A stretch of DNA of 64,000 nt from Somniosus microcephalus (taxonomy: Eukaryota): assembly GCA_052327205.1 (NCBI GenBank), contig CM126224.1, positions 28,954,001-29,018,000 on the forward strand, read 5' to 3'. The notes below the pieces were generated by a model. It was not told the origin of the DNA and ran no database searches. It saw nothing but the letters and a program-made list of their open reading frames with translations. Made by a program: the position numbers and the translations under genes. How positions within the stretch are numbered: the first letter of the stretch is position 1; each line of letters starts with the position of its first letter. This document shows, piece after piece, positions 12,180 to 25,507 of this stretch.

Positions 12180-13476
12180 AATATTTTTCATTCTGTCTTT
12201 TCCTGTTTCTCTTTTTCTCTTTTTTTGTCATGCTTTTTCTTGTTTCTTCTGAAGACTTATCTGATTGTGCCCTTAATGTAAGAATTGAGAATGGGAACAC
12301 TTGGCAGGAAGTGGACAGATTGTATCCAACTGGTTGTGTGACTGAGTAAATATAGAGGCATTGCATTTATTTTACTGTGGACTGATTAATAGTCACATAG
12401 TTGCAGAAAGGTTAGCTTGATTCACATTTGTGTGACATTTGCAAAAGCTCATGAAAAGAGTTATTTACACAAAGGAAGGCAAGAGCCACGACAAAGGAAA
12501 TACGAGGAAAGCAAAAATCAAGAGGAAAATGATCAATGAAGACAACCAGAAAAAAAGGTGGAAGAAAGAAAAGATTCTGATAGAGTGAAAGAATGATGAG
12601 CAAAGTGAAAGAAAATAAGAGATGAGGTTGCTGACAAACATCATCCTCCTTTCATGGATCCACAGAATATTTCCTGCTTGTAGCATATTTCTAGCTATCT
12701 GTCTTCTGGTTATCTCTCAAACTCTTTGCTGTTACTATTATTCAAGACTGATTCTTACACTCCTGGTAAGCTCCACCCTGTTTCTTTTTCTGTGACATTC
12801 AGCTTTGTCATTTAAGCTCTTCCTACATGTCTAACCCTAAACACTTAACCATCTCTGGAAATTGAGATCTGTTCACTGCTGTAAGATTCTTCAACCAAAA
12901 TCAAACCATTGCCTACATAATACTCTCATTGTTAGCATTCCAATTGACCCCAATGTTTAACACATACAGAATCCAAATCTTGCTTCTGTATTTATTTTCT
13001 TAGTTGAGACACTTGGAAAGAAAATTGTGCAAGTAGATCAATTTATATTCATCCAAGTGTCCTGTTTAGTCTTTTGATTCTGTTCTTTTTTTTTGCTTTA
13101 ATACAGTTTAGTGCCATAGTAATGCTGCCAGCTACCAACACAAGGATCTTACGCAGCCAGAGGCAGCACCAAAGTAAACTTCCCAAATTTTCTCAGGCAA
13201 AGACCACCAACCTTAGAGAAGCGTTGAAGTTTACATTGATGTATAGCCACTGGCTGCGTGTCAGGGACCAGCATTACTTCTACCAGTATTAAATCAGTAT
13301 AACAGCAGCAGCACATTCTTCTTCCTTTCTCCTTGTCTAAGACTAATTTACTTCTTCTCACTCCAATCCCAGGTAAACAAGGCAGCTGACATCTTGTAAC
13401 AGTAGAAATCTCAAAGAAAAGAATGCTTACAACATTTTGCAACTCCCAAGCTGTTTGCATATACGAAGAAGACTTG

Positions 13477-13612
13477 CCTGTAGAAATTTGCCTTGCACAG
13501 TAGCGCAAATTACATTGACTTCAATGAAACTAAATATCGGGTGGGGCGTAAAGCAGACGGCCAATGCGATACCACCTGTTGCACGCTACTGTCCAAGACG
13601 AATTTCTACCCC
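13477..13612. mobile_element. Short hairpin MITE (~135 bp)
   Basis: ~30-bp inverted repeats GTAGAAATTTGCCTTGCACAGTAGCG / CGCTACTGTCCAAGACGAATTTCTAC. Confidence 0.7.
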
Positions 13613-13984
13613 CTTGGTGTCCAGTTTAAACTTAAAGCCCAATTACGATTTGAAATGAGCAAACTCGATGGAACTGGATTTGGCATCAAGGCAATTACAT
13701 TATTTTTGTCCTTCGATGTTTTCGTAGCCTATCAAAAAAAAAAGCTACATGCCGCACTCCTCCAAACAAAAATAAAATACTATATGAAATTCCTATATCA
13801 TATGGCATGATTATGTTGTATCCAAAGGACAGTTCAAATCCCACAAAATTAGCGATTTTTTAAATGATTTTTGAATGGACTCTTCTATATAAAAAAAATG
13901 TGAACAGCTTGTAACACTTTGACTTGAATGTTGTTGTTAACATAGCTTGACTTTCCAAGTAAAACACCTTTCTGCTTTATGTAG

Positions 13985-14025
13985 GAAGCGACAAATCCTA
14001 TCATCAGTGGCTGCTCACAGTGAAG
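13985..14025 (+). CDS. DENND1A: DENND1A coding exon (41 nt, phase 1/0): (G)SDKSYHQWLLTVK
   Basis: ctttatgtag acceptor and gtgagt donor; phase complements the previous exon (91+41=132 nt); matches recalled SDKLYHQWLSTVR. Confidence 0.95.
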
Positions 14026-14689
14026 GTGAGTGGAATCTGTTGTCCTTACTGGAATGAAATTGGGAATAAAAGCTTTATTAAATGGAAAAATTGTCAGTCC
14101 AAGAATAAACTGAACATAAATTGGTTTCCACAGCATTAAAATCTTTTATTATTTCTTTTTCTCCTTGTACAGTATATGCAGGTAATAAAATTGAGGTAAT
14201 CCTCAAAAGTCTGCATGGTGAAATATATTACTTCATTTTGGACAGGTTGGAGAGTGCAGCCTAGGATCCAATACAGTACCGTCTAGATACTGGTCCTGTG
14301 CCACAATTTGACAATACAGCATATTATTTTTCTAGATTTTCCCAGGCCTGCATCATAGGCCTCTGCCGTCTGCTTTCTTGAGCTGGTTGCTTGAAAGCGC
14401 ATGAGAAGGTGGTTCAGAGAAGTAAACTGAATGATCTTCCTTCCTTCTCTGTGAAAGGGTGCCTGGTCTCTGCTCAGTGGCTCACCTTTGTTAGTGCAGC
14501 TGGAAGTTGAACCTCACCATATGGGGAATTGCAGTACTAATCTTCCATTCTATAGCACAGAACCGCGATGCCAACATGCTAATCACTGTCTATTATTTGG
14601 AAATCATCCTGTTCATCACCTAAAAACATTTTTGTATTTATTCCCAATTAATTTTTTTAATTAAGTTTACAAAATAACGGCACACTTTA

Positions 14690-15010
14690 GCTGACTTTTA
14701 CCACGGGTAGCAAGGTAAGCCTGGGGTGGGGGCGGTGGTTGGCGGGGAGCGTTTCCGAGGGTCTTGTGGCTGGGCGCGATACAGGCTTTTCTTGTGTGGC
14801 CCGCAGGAGCTGGTTTAAGTTCCACTGCAGTCACATGTACGTCATGGGATGCTAAGTTGCATTTATGAATTAAGCTCCCACTGGAGCCTACCTCATCAAC
14901 CACCAAAACCAGCAGCACTACAATCGCACATCAGTGGGAAATGGAGCCGCTCCATTTTAACTGCTGCCCCACTCCATTCTCGTCGATCGGGGAGAGTTGA
15001 AATTGCCCCT
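14690..15010. mobile_element. Partial Harbinger-type MITE
   Basis: GC-rich block ending GAAATTGCCCC, similar to the other MITE termini here; left end not identified. Confidence 0.45.
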
Positions 15011-16596
15011 TGTATATGCAGTGCTGCTGGCTTAAATATTTAAATATATACAGTTGAGTTCAGTATTTGTGTCATACACCATACATCTGTCTGCAAATGA
15101 TTTAAAAATAGAAAGCTTTGTTTCTACTTCGCTTATATAACAAGTAAAGACGGATTATGCATAAGCAATTCAATTTCATAAAATATTTCATGAGTGGATT
15201 TTTCTTTTTCAGTTAAATATAAATAATATTCTTTACATGTCTAATTAAACCTAATTACCTTCGTAACAGTAGAATGAGAACGAGTCCTGAAAGCATAAAC
15301 TCAAGGCATTCCTCTCTGACCTATAAAAATGCTCAGAAATTAAATACATGATATTCCACACTTACCAGAGTCTGTGGAAAGAACATGAATAAATATGTGC
15401 ATTTTTGTGTAGGAAAACAAAGATTAATGCATGAATACTTGATGAATCCACCATTTTGTGAGTTTCTTTTAACAACGTCGACAGAAAGCAGAATTAATGA
15501 ACTGAAACAAATCTCTGAGTATTGTTTCTGCACTGTGAGCAATAAGGTGACACAAACTGCCACCTCACACAGTTACACTCAGACTGGGGAGTCTGCCAGT
15601 GTAATATTAGGAATTTAATTTGAGTTAAATTTTTGTAACAAATGTAGCATTCCCATGTTTAGAGTCACTGTCCGTACAGAATCAATCTTTAAATTTTCCT
15701 CCAAATTGTTAAAGTGAAGGGATATTCTTTAAGTAAATAAATGACGTAACCTTGTTAGAGTAAAACAGTTTAATTTCACTATCCAAAGCAGACACTTACA
15801 GATGTTCATCATTTTGATTATAATCTTGAATCTCTCATTCATCCAAGAGACCCAGACTGCTACTGAAAAAAATGTTTTGTTTTAATGCTGGTAAAATAAA
15901 ATGTAAAATGCAGTTGCTGTTTTTTTATGTATCTGCCTTGGTATAATGTACAAGAAGTTTTAACCCACTAAATATATTTTCTTGATACCATGTGCCTTCT
16001 GTTTCTTCCCATTTTTAAATTCACTGACGTGCTTCTGCTCTGTGTGGCATCTCAGGATGTATGGATTATAATTGTGTTGTCTAATATACTTTTAAAGCTC
16101 ACTGTTGTCCCAATCTCTTCTCGGATAACATATTACTGCTCCCATTTCAAGATTCTTACAACCCTTTAGTAGTTGGTACATTTTTTTGAAATTATGGATT
16201 GTTTCACATTAGAAGCTGAACTTATACTTTATGAAACGATTAACAAAGTCACTTAAAACACTGTATAAATGAATAACGTTTGGTTTTCTGGCTGGGAAAT
16301 GGCAAAAAAGAATTTTGACATTGTTAACCAGTCACTGAATTAGGCATTTTTTGGTTTATTTGTTGTATTTGGTCTTGTAAGCCAAGTTTGATTCTCGCCA
16401 GTCGAGGGGCTAAAGCTGGTTGGCGAGCTGACTAACTAACATCACTCTGTAGTTGACATTCTGAAACATTCATGGGTCACTTTTTTGCTAGTTTGACTCT
16501 TGTGTGCAGCTGCTGATTAATATCTGTAGATGTAAAATAAATGATTTCAGATTTCTAAAATATTCTTTTCTGCTGTTAAAATAATTTAAAACTTAA

Positions 16597-16719
16597 TATG
16601 GGGAGAAGGCAGGGACAGGGTACTGAACTTGGATGATCAGCCATGATCTCATTGAATGGCGGAGCAGGCTCGAGGGGCCGAATGGCCTACTCCTGCTCCT
16701 ATCTTCTATGTTTCTATGT
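16597..16719 (+). mobile_element. CR1 LINE 3' tail fragment
   Basis: Near-identical to 25380-25500; ends in the (TTCTATG) tail. Confidence 0.9.
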
Positions 16720-17974
16720 AAACATTCAAGCCCTAAATATTTTATTTAACCGAATCTATATTATATTTATATTGCCCTACTATATACTTATAAAGGCCAC
16801 TGTCATCACTGGTCATTTCTTAATTTCATGATTTCAAGATAGCTGGTACATTTTTGAAATTATGCATTATTTCACAGCAGGAAAAGCACCTATACTATAT
16901 GTTAAATATAATAAAGTAACTTAAAATACTGTACAAAAAATGAATAAGGCGCATGTAGCTGTAATTTGAAGTTGAACATATTGAGGTATTTAAGAAGGGA
17001 TTGTGTCGGTATTATTTTTGGTGGTTTTGAATTTTAGGTGCTGTATTTCTGTTCACTACTATTTTAGAGTGTCACGTGTTCCAATATAACTCTTTGTCTG
17101 AAAAATATACAGATGTTTGTATGTTTAAAGGCTAAAAAGTGTTGCATAACATTTTAAATATCTCATTTGGAAGAACTATTGGTTATGTAATAGTTTTGTG
17201 CTAGTCCATTTTGATAAAGTTCAGTACCATGCCATTTCCCCCGCCGCCCCCCCCCCACCCTCCCCAAGTCTCCTTCCTTTATTTCTGGAGTCTCCTGCTT
17301 GTCTCTTAATCATTTCTTCAACCACCTCTGCGACTGTCCTATTTTCCATTCATCGACTCAGGCTGCCCCTTGTCAGTTCAAAACATGCTCATTTTCCTGA
17401 GCCACCTTCACATCCATCCTGATCTCCCGGTTACCTCAACAGACAATTGATAACTTTCTAGAAATAGAATCCTTTTCCTTGCTGCACTCTCCCTTACCTC
17501 TTCACGCGTACACCATCTCATGACTTGGATCTTGGCCCTACAGACTTAATAGCGCAAAAAATGAAAGAAATCAAAAAGAGAGGGACATTAAGAAAAGGAA
17601 CCACAAATTTACTTTAGAGAAGGTGAAGAAATAATTTGGAAAATAGAAATACGTATCATCAAAACAAGATTACCAATATACAGGACTATTAGATAAAAAG
17701 ATGGAATAGGGAACATTACCTATAAAGAATTTAAAAAAAAACATTTAAAAATTATATTTAAAAAATTACAATTTAAAATATAAAAAACAAATATAATTAA
17801 GAAAACAGTAACATACACTGAACTTTCTCTAGGACAGTTAATCTTCAATAACTTGGCCTTTCTCAGAATCTCTGCTGTTGTACTGAGACACACCACCACC
17901 ACCCTAGCCTTTTGAAATTCTGGAGGAACAAATTTCGACTTATGAGAATCCAAACAATGTACTTTTTTGCATGT

Positions 17975-18462
17975 TAGAATCATAGAATCTCACAGCACAA
18001 AAGCAGCCCATTGTACCTGTGCTGGCTCTTTAAAAGAACTGTCCAATTAGTCCCACTCCGCTGCTCTTTCTCCATAGCCCTGCAAATTTTTCATTTTCAA
18101 GTATATATCCAATTCCCTTTTAATAGCTGCTACTGAAGCAGCTTCCACCACCCTTTCAGGCAGTGCATTCCAGATCATCATAACTCGTGCGTAAAATAAA
18201 TTCTCCCCTGGATCTTTCACCAGTTATCTTAAATCTGTGTCCTCTGGTTACCAACCCACCCACCAGTAGGAACAGTTTCTCCTTATTTACTCTTATCAAT
18301 ACCCCTCAGAATTTTAAACACCTCTATTAAATCTCCCCTTAACTTTCTCTGCTCTAAGGAGAACAATCCCAGCTTCTGTAGTCTCTCCACATAACTGAAG
18401 GCTCTCATCCCTGGTATTATTCTGGCGCATCTTCTCTGCACCTTCTCCAAGGCCTTGATATT
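17975..18462 (-). mobile_element. CR1 LINE 3' fragment
   Basis: agaatcatagaatc tail; reverse complement shows the CR1 ORF2 C-terminus (RGDLIEVFKI, WNALP). Confidence 0.85.
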
Positions 18463-19020
18463 CTTTGTTGATTTTTGTTTCTTCTGTTCTTTCTTATTTT
18501 TGCTGTGAAAGTATTCAGGGTTGTGTATCCTTCACAGAACTACTGTACTTTTGCTTGCGATGGCAAGTTCAGCCCATTATCCATATTATTTTAAATCCTG
18601 TATTCCCTCCCCCCCCCCCCCCCCATATCATTGTCAGTAGCCCTTTATTTTCTAGTGTTGTTCATCTGCTTTTTATTGCGTATTACTAAAATTAGTAATG
18701 TCCTGTAACAAATGATTTGTTATCGCTCAGATCCATTCAGAAATTAGCATTTTCCCTGTCTTTGCTGCAATTTTGCATAAAGAATTCCAATCAGGCAGCA
18801 AATCAAGCTACATGAAGTCTAGAAATGCACTGGATTTGTCGAGGGATGTGCCACTGCCCCAAATCACTTGTCCTAGTTAATACTGGGAAGACATTGTTTA
18901 GAAAAATTAAGACCTTGATCCTCTGGCTGAAGCATTGTGAGAATGTGTGCGCTATGGTTTGTGATATTATAAATGTGTTCTTCTTGCATGTAAATGAATT
19001 AATCACCAATCTATTAATAG

Positions 19021-19092
19021 AAAGGAAGTGGAGCCATTATAAATACAATGAAGACAAAGGCAAACCCTGCAATGAAGACTGTGTACAAATTT
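19021..19092 (+). CDS. DENND1A: DENND1A coding exon (72 nt): KGSGAIINTMKTKANPAMKTVYKF
   Basis: ttaatag acceptor and gtaagt donor; near-identical to recalled KGSGAILNTVKTKANPAMKTVYKF. Confidence 0.96.
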
Positions 19093-19559
19093 GTAAGTAG
19101 GCAATTTTAATATGGTCGAGAAAGATAGAGCTTTATGCTTCTGTTAATTTAATGAAATTAGTTTGTTGATTATATATGAGTAAGAACAAAAGGCTGATAT
19201 TTACTAAAATGAGTGTATCTTCAATGACTGTACAGTCAAGTGTTAGTAAGTGAAGAGCTGGTCTTATTATAAGGAGACTTCAAACACTCATCAGCAAGAT
19301 ATTCAAAAGTTTCAGTTGCTTGAGGTTGGAGTTACAAGTCACCTCACCAAGACTGTACTTTTCTGGTTGCTGATTAGGAGAATAGGCTTCATTAGGCTCA
19401 GAAGTTGCTTTGTCCAGCTCCCATGCCATGGAGGGGTCTTCCTTTCTCCTCCTCTAAAGCTGTATGAATTAGGATCTTCATCTTCCACATACCTGGTATA
19501 GGAGGAGGAATGGGAAATAGCAATATAGGAGGGTAAGGAATAATTTGATTGAGATATGG

Positions 19560-19910
19560 GGAGTATTTCCACTGGAGCAGAGAATGCTCAGAGGAGAGTA
19601 CATAGAGATTTTTATTGTTATGAAGGGTTTTGATTGAGTGAATAGGAAAAGACGATTTCCTCTGGTTGAGGAGTCAATGATGAGGGATCATGGATTTAAA
19701 ACTCTCTCTGATGGAGTGAGGGGAAAGGCTAAGAAAATATTTTTTACACCGAAATTTGTTGGAGCGGTGAGTAGTTGAGAGAGAGAGAGAGAGAGACCAC
19801 TGCATCTTTAAGCGAAAAGTGGATAAACGTTTGAAGCAGAGCAATGGATTGTTCGAGCAAATAGCCACTGCAACCACAAAGGACTGAATGAACTCCTTCT
19901 ATAATTCTGT
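19560..19910 (+). mobile_element. Degenerate CR1 3' fragment with a (GA)n run
   Basis: ctggagcagagaatgctcagaggaga...atgaagggttttga...ggactgaatgaactccttct is similar to CR1 3' ends elsewhere in the window. Confidence 0.65.
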
Positions 19911-20442
19911 GTTAAGTTGGCATCAGTATCAAAAGGTGCATCTCCTGAGTGGCCATCTGGGGATTGTGTAAACGGTCTCGAGGGACCATTATTGACCCTG
20001 TTTACAAACTCCTCTGCTGAATCTAGTTAAGTCGCAAGCAATCCAGATTATGTAGAGAACATAAAAAGGTAGGCAGTGTCATAAGTAATAAGCCCCTGGA
20101 AAGCATGGTGCAAGCTTGCATTGCACCCATCAGATCCATATGGCTACCTGTGTTTATCATTCGACAGTTGAGAAACATTATAATGGCACTATGGGCTCTA
20201 CTGAGGCAATTGCATTGTGAATTAGTTTAGCATTTGCATGTATATATTTCAACCTTCAACATTTGTATCCAGTTACAGTTTAACTTATGTTTCCAGCCCA
20301 TGGGCTGAACCTTTTTGTTGTAGTGCGTTCTATGGCTAAGAATATTCTTTTGCAGAATACTTCCTCCGTACTTTTATTTCTCCATCTGAATCAGTCCATT
20401 TTTGCAAGATATTGTAGGCAGATTTAGCAGATCCTTTATAAT

Positions 20443-20535
20443 ATAAAAACAGAAAATGCTGGAGATACTCAGCAGGTCAGGCAGCATTTGTGGAGGGAGA
20501 AACAGAGTTAACGGTTCAGGTCGATGACCTTTCAT
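20443..20535 (-). mobile_element. Penelope-like element terminal-repeat fragment with degenerate hammerhead core
   Basis: aaaacagaaaatgctggagatactcagcaggtcaggcagcat...ttcaggtcgatgacctttcat is a recalled common shark repeat; related piece at 35175-35250 in the opposite orientation. Confidence 0.6.
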
Positions 20536-22317
20536 GATGACTCGAGCATCGTCTGCATACTGTAATTCGATGACAGAGGATGGGACGACCTTGGATCTGG
20601 ACTGGAGGCGACGGAGGTTGAACAGTTTCCCGTTTGTTCTGTAAATTAGCTCCACTCCAGTGGGGAGTTTACTGAGGGTGAGATGGAGCATTGCAGCAAG
20701 GAAGATTGAGAAGAGCGTTGGTGCGATGACACAGCCTTGCTTGACCCCAGTTCGTACGTGAATTGGGTCTGTGGTGGAACCGTTGGTCAGGATCATGGCT
20801 TGCATGTCATCGTGAAGCAGGCGGAGGATAGTGACAAACTTTTGAGGGCAGCTGAATTTGAGGAGGACACTACATAATCCCTCACGGTTGACGGTGTCTA
20901 AGGCCTAGATCAAAGAAGGCCATGTACAGTGGTTGGTGCTGTTCCCTGCATTTCTCTTGTAATTGACGTGCGGTGAAGATCATGTCCATTGTGCCCCTTA
21001 GTGGGCGGAATCCACATTGCGACTCTGGAAGGAGCTCTTCGGCCACTGGGAGAAGGCGATTGAGGAGGATTCTTGCGATGACTTTCCCTGTGGCAGATAG
21101 CCGGGAAACTCCTCTGTAATTACCGCAATCGGACTTGTCACCTTTCTTGAAGATGGCCACAATTACGGCGTCTCTGAGATCCCCTGGCATGCTCTCCTTC
21201 TTCCAGATAAGAGAAATGAGTTCATGAATTCGCACCAGTAGTGCTTCTCCGCCATGCTTTAGTGCCTCGGCGGGGATTCCATCTGCTCCTGAGGCCTTGT
21301 TGTTCTTCAGTTGTCGGGTGGCCTTTTCAACCTCATGCCGGGCTGGGGTTGTGCTGAGATGGTGGCGGGTAGCATGCTGTGGGATGGAGTTGAGGACACT
21401 CGTGTCGAAGACAGTCGTGGTTAAGGAGATCTTCGAAGTGCTCCTTCCAGCGGGCACTGACTGCTTCCCTGTCCTTGATGAGTACCTCTCCATTCTTGGC
21501 CCGCAGTGGGGAAGAGCCTTGGGTGCTTGGGCCGTAGATGGTCTTGACTGCGCTAAAGAATTCACGCACGTCGTGGTTGTTGGCTAGCTGCTGGATCTCC
21601 TGCGCTTTCTCCACCCACCATCCGTTCTTTAGGTCGCGAGTTTTTTGTTGGACCTCGGCCTTCAGGCTTCTGTAGAGCTGCTTTCTTGCTCTCGAGTTCT
21701 GTTGCTGTTTCCAGATCAGAAATGCCTTGCGTTTGCGGCTTATTAGCTCCTGGATCTCCTGGTCATTTTCGTCGAACCAGTCTTGGTGTTTCCTGGTTGA
21801 GTGACCGAGCGTCTCTTCACAGGTGCTGATTATGGAGGCCTTGAGTGCAGACCAGATGCTGTGGGCACTCTGTGTCTCTGCATCACTGGGAGCCGTCAGG
21901 TTGTTTGTGAGGCGCAGGCTGAATAGGGCTTTCTTAGCAGGGTCTTTGAGTGCTCCAGCGTTAATTTTCCTGCGGCATTGTTTCTGTTGCCGCCGCTGTT
22001 TTGGGGCTACATTGATGGAGATGACAGAGCGGATTAGGCGGTGGTCTGTCCAGCAGTCGTCAGCTCCTGTCATGGCGCGGGTGATGCGGACGTCCTTGCG
22101 GTCCCTCACTCGGACGATGACGTAGTCCATCAGATGCCAGTGCTTGGAACGTGGGTGCTGCCATGAAGCCTTGTACTTGTCTCTCTGACAGAACAAGGTG
22201 TTGGTTATGACGAGGCCATGTTCTAAGCATTTCGACAGGAGGAGGGTACCGTTGGAGTTGGCTTTCCCTACCCCCTCTCTGCCGATCACACCTCCCCAAA
22301 GGTCTGTGTCCTTTCCA
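20536..22317 (-). mobile_element. RTE-clade LINE internal fragment (endonuclease end, linker, RT to YADD), frameshifted
   Basis: ORFs 21333-22289, 20882-21565 and 20374-20805: HPRSKHWHLMDYVIVR, DCWTDHRL, NYRGVS, ESQCGFRP, GVKQGCVIAPTLF, LQYADD. Confidence 0.94.
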
Positions 22318-22585
22318 AATACTGGAATGTTTTAGGGCTTTTCATTTTGATTTTGTTCGAGTTTCAGAATACTGACTTCATAGTAATCACTGTATAAGTT
22401 TGAAATGTCAATCAGTATTTAAAAGTTCAGTTGTTTCTCTGAACTTTTTGTTCTTCATATTTTCTCTTCTTGGATTGTTCCAAAGTACCAGGATAGAAAT
22501 GGCTTAATAGCAAGCCTTGTTGCTATTGGAGACAGATGAAGTACTATGAAGAGGTTTTAACTTGAATTCTCTTCTGCAATTCTAG

Positions 22586-22642
22586 GCAAAAGATCATGCG
22601 AAAATGGGAATAAAAGAGGTGAAAAATCGTTTGAAGCAAAAG
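22586..22642 (+). CDS. DENND1A: DENND1A coding exon (57 nt): AKDHAKMGIKEVKNRLKQK
   Basis: ttctag acceptor and gtagtt donor; peptide identical to recalled mammalian DENND1A. Confidence 0.96.
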
Positions 22643-22937
22643 GTAGTTGATTTTTTTTCTTACAAAGTGTTCCGCATTAAATACCAAACCATTAAATGTA
22701 TTATCTGATCAATATGGAACTGTTTGAAACACTGTTATGACCACACTTGAAAATGCATTAACAGAGATGGTATTGAGTGGGCTTTTAGAAAACTATGGAT
22801 AGATGCCCACGGTCTCTTAACCCAAAAAGGTTGTATTGTTTCCAAGCTTTACTCTGCTATCTGCACAGATGGTTAAAGCATGAGTTAGATGGTAGGCAAA
22901 GCTACAGCTAAAACAACAGGCCTTAACCTAAACCTCA

Positions 22938-25507
22938 ACAGTAATGCGGAGGTTGGGGATGGCATTAAAAGGGAAATTAGAGAAGTGTGCAATAAGGGCA
23001 CAGCAGTCATCATGGGTGACTTTAATCTACATATAAATTGGGCTAACCAAATTAGTAACAATATTGTGGAGGAGGAATTCCTGGAGTGTTTACGGGATGG
23101 TTTCCTGGACCAATATGTCGAGGAACCAACCAGAGATCAGGCCATTTTAGACTGGGTATTATGTAACGAGAAAGGATTAATTAACCATCTTGTTGTATGA
23201 GGCCCCTTGGGTCGGAGTGATCATAATATGATAGAGTTCTTCATTAAGATGGAGAATGAAGTTGTTGACTCAGAGACTAGGGTCCTGAATTTAAATAAAG
23301 GAAACTACGATGGTCTGAGGCGCGTGTTGGGTAGGATTGATTGGGGAATGTCACTCAAAGGGTTGACGGTGGATAGGCAATGGCAAACATTCAAAGACCG
23401 CATGGATGAACTAGAGAATTTGTTCATCCCAGTTTGGCATAAAAATAAAACAAAAAAGGTGACTCAACCGTGGCTAACAAGGGAAATTAGGGATAGCATA
23501 AGATCCAAGGAGAGGACATATAAATTGGCCAGAAAAAGCAGTAAACCTGAGGATTGGGAGCAGTTTAGGATTCAACAAAGGAGGACAAAGGGATTAATTA
23601 AGAAAGGGAAAATAGAATATGAGAGTAAGCTTGCAGGGAACATAAAAACTGACTGTAAAAGCTTTTATAGATATGTGAAGAGAAAAAGATTGGTGAAGTC
23701 AAGCGTAGGTCCCTTGCAGTCAGAATCGGGAATTTATAATGGGGAACAAAGAAATGGCAACCAATTAAATATATATTTTGGTTCTGTCTTCACAAAGGAG
23801 GACACAAATAACCTCCCAGAGATGTCGGGGAACATAGGGTCTGGTGAAAGGGAGGAACTGAAAGAAATCAGTATTTGTAGGGAAATGGTGTTAGGGAAAT
23901 TGATGGGATTGAAGGCCGATAAATCCCCAGGGCCTGATAATCTACATCCTAGGTACTTAGGGAAGTGGCCCTAGAAATAGTAGATGCATTGCTGATCATC
24001 TTCCAACATTCGATGGAATCTGGAACAGTACCCAAGGATTGGAGGGTAGCTAATGTTACCACACTATTCAAAAAAAGGTGGTAGAGAGAAAACGGGGAAT
24101 TACGGACCGGTAAGCCTGACATCGGTAGTGGGGAAAATGCTAGAGTCCATTATAAAAGATGTAATAGCAGAGCACTTGGAAAACAGTGACCGGATCGGAC
24201 AAAGTCAACATGGATTTACAAAAGGTAAATCGTGCTTGACTAATCTACTGGAATTTTTTGAGGATGTAACTGGTAAAAGAGGTAAGGGAGAACCAGTGGA
24301 TGTGGTGTATTTGGACTTTCAGAAGGCTTTCGATAAGGTCCCGCATAAGAGATTAGCGTGTAAAGTTAAGGCACATGGGATTGGGGCAAGGTACTGACTT
24401 GGATAGAGAACTGGTTGGCAGACAGAAAGCAAAGAGTTGGAATAAACGGGTCTTTTTCCGAGTGGCAGGCAGTGACTAGTGGGGTACCGCAGGGATCGGT
24501 CCTTGGACCCCAGCTATTCACAATATATATTAATGATCTAGACAAGGGAACTAGACGTAATATCTCCAAATTTGCAGATGAGACAAAGCTGGGTGGGCGT
24601 GTGTGCTGTGAGGAGGATGCCAAGAAACTCCAGGATGATTTGGACAGGTTGGGTGATTGGGCAGAAGCATGGCAGATGCAATATAACGTGGATAAATGTG
24701 AGGTTATCCACTTTGGTAGCAAAAACAGGAAGGCAGATTATTATCTGAATGGCAATAGATTGGGAGAAGGGGAAGTGCAATGAGACCTGGGTGTCCTTGT
24801 GCACCAGTCGCTGAAGGTAAGCATGCAGGTGCAGCAGGCGGTTAAGAAGGCAAATGGTATGTTGGCCTTCGTAGCGAGAGGGTTTGAGTACAGGAACAAG
24901 GATGTCTTGCTGCAGTTGTACAGGGCCTTGGTGAGACCACACCTTGAGTATTGTGTGCAGTTTTGATCGCCTTATCTGAGGAAGGATGTTCTTGCCATGG
25001 AAGGAGTTCAGCGAAGATTCACCAGGCTGATACCTGGGATGGCAGGAATGACGTATGAGGAGAGATTGGATCGATTGGGCTTGTACTCACTGGGGTTTAG
25101 AAGAATGAGAGGGGATCTCATTGAAACTTATAAAATTCTAACAGGACTGGACAGACTAGATGCAGGAAGGATGTTCCCGATGGTCGGGGAGTCCAGAACC
25201 GGGGTCACAGTCTAAGGATAAGGGGTAGGCCATTTAGGACAGAAATGAGGAGGAATTTCTTCACCCAGAGAGTTGTGAACCTTTGGAATTCTCTACCACA
25301 GAAGGCAGTAGAGGCCAATTCATTAAATATATTCAAGAAGGAGTTGGATATATTTCTCAAGGCTAAAGGGATCAAGGGGTATGGGGAGAAAGCAGGGACT
25401 GGGTACTGAATTTGGATGATCAGCCATGATCACATTGAATGGCGGAGGAGGCTCGAGGGGCCGAATGGCCTAATGTTGCTCCTGTCTTCTATGTTTCTAT
25501 ATGTTTC
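22938..25507 (+). mobile_element. 5'-truncated CR1 LINE (HER1-like); ORF2 with stops and frameshifts
   Basis: IMGDFN, SDHNMI, KSPGPD, QHGFTKGKSC, YLDFQKAFDKVPH, GVPQGSVLGP, FADET; (TTCTATG) tail; candidate TSD AACCTCA at 22931-22937 and 25508-25514. Confidence 0.95.

Noticed and set aside
10740-12630. Purine-rich and pyrimidine-rich blocks suggesting a long inverted repeat, with Phe/Leu-rich ORFs
   Set aside because: Low-complexity GA bias explains both the similarity and the ORFs
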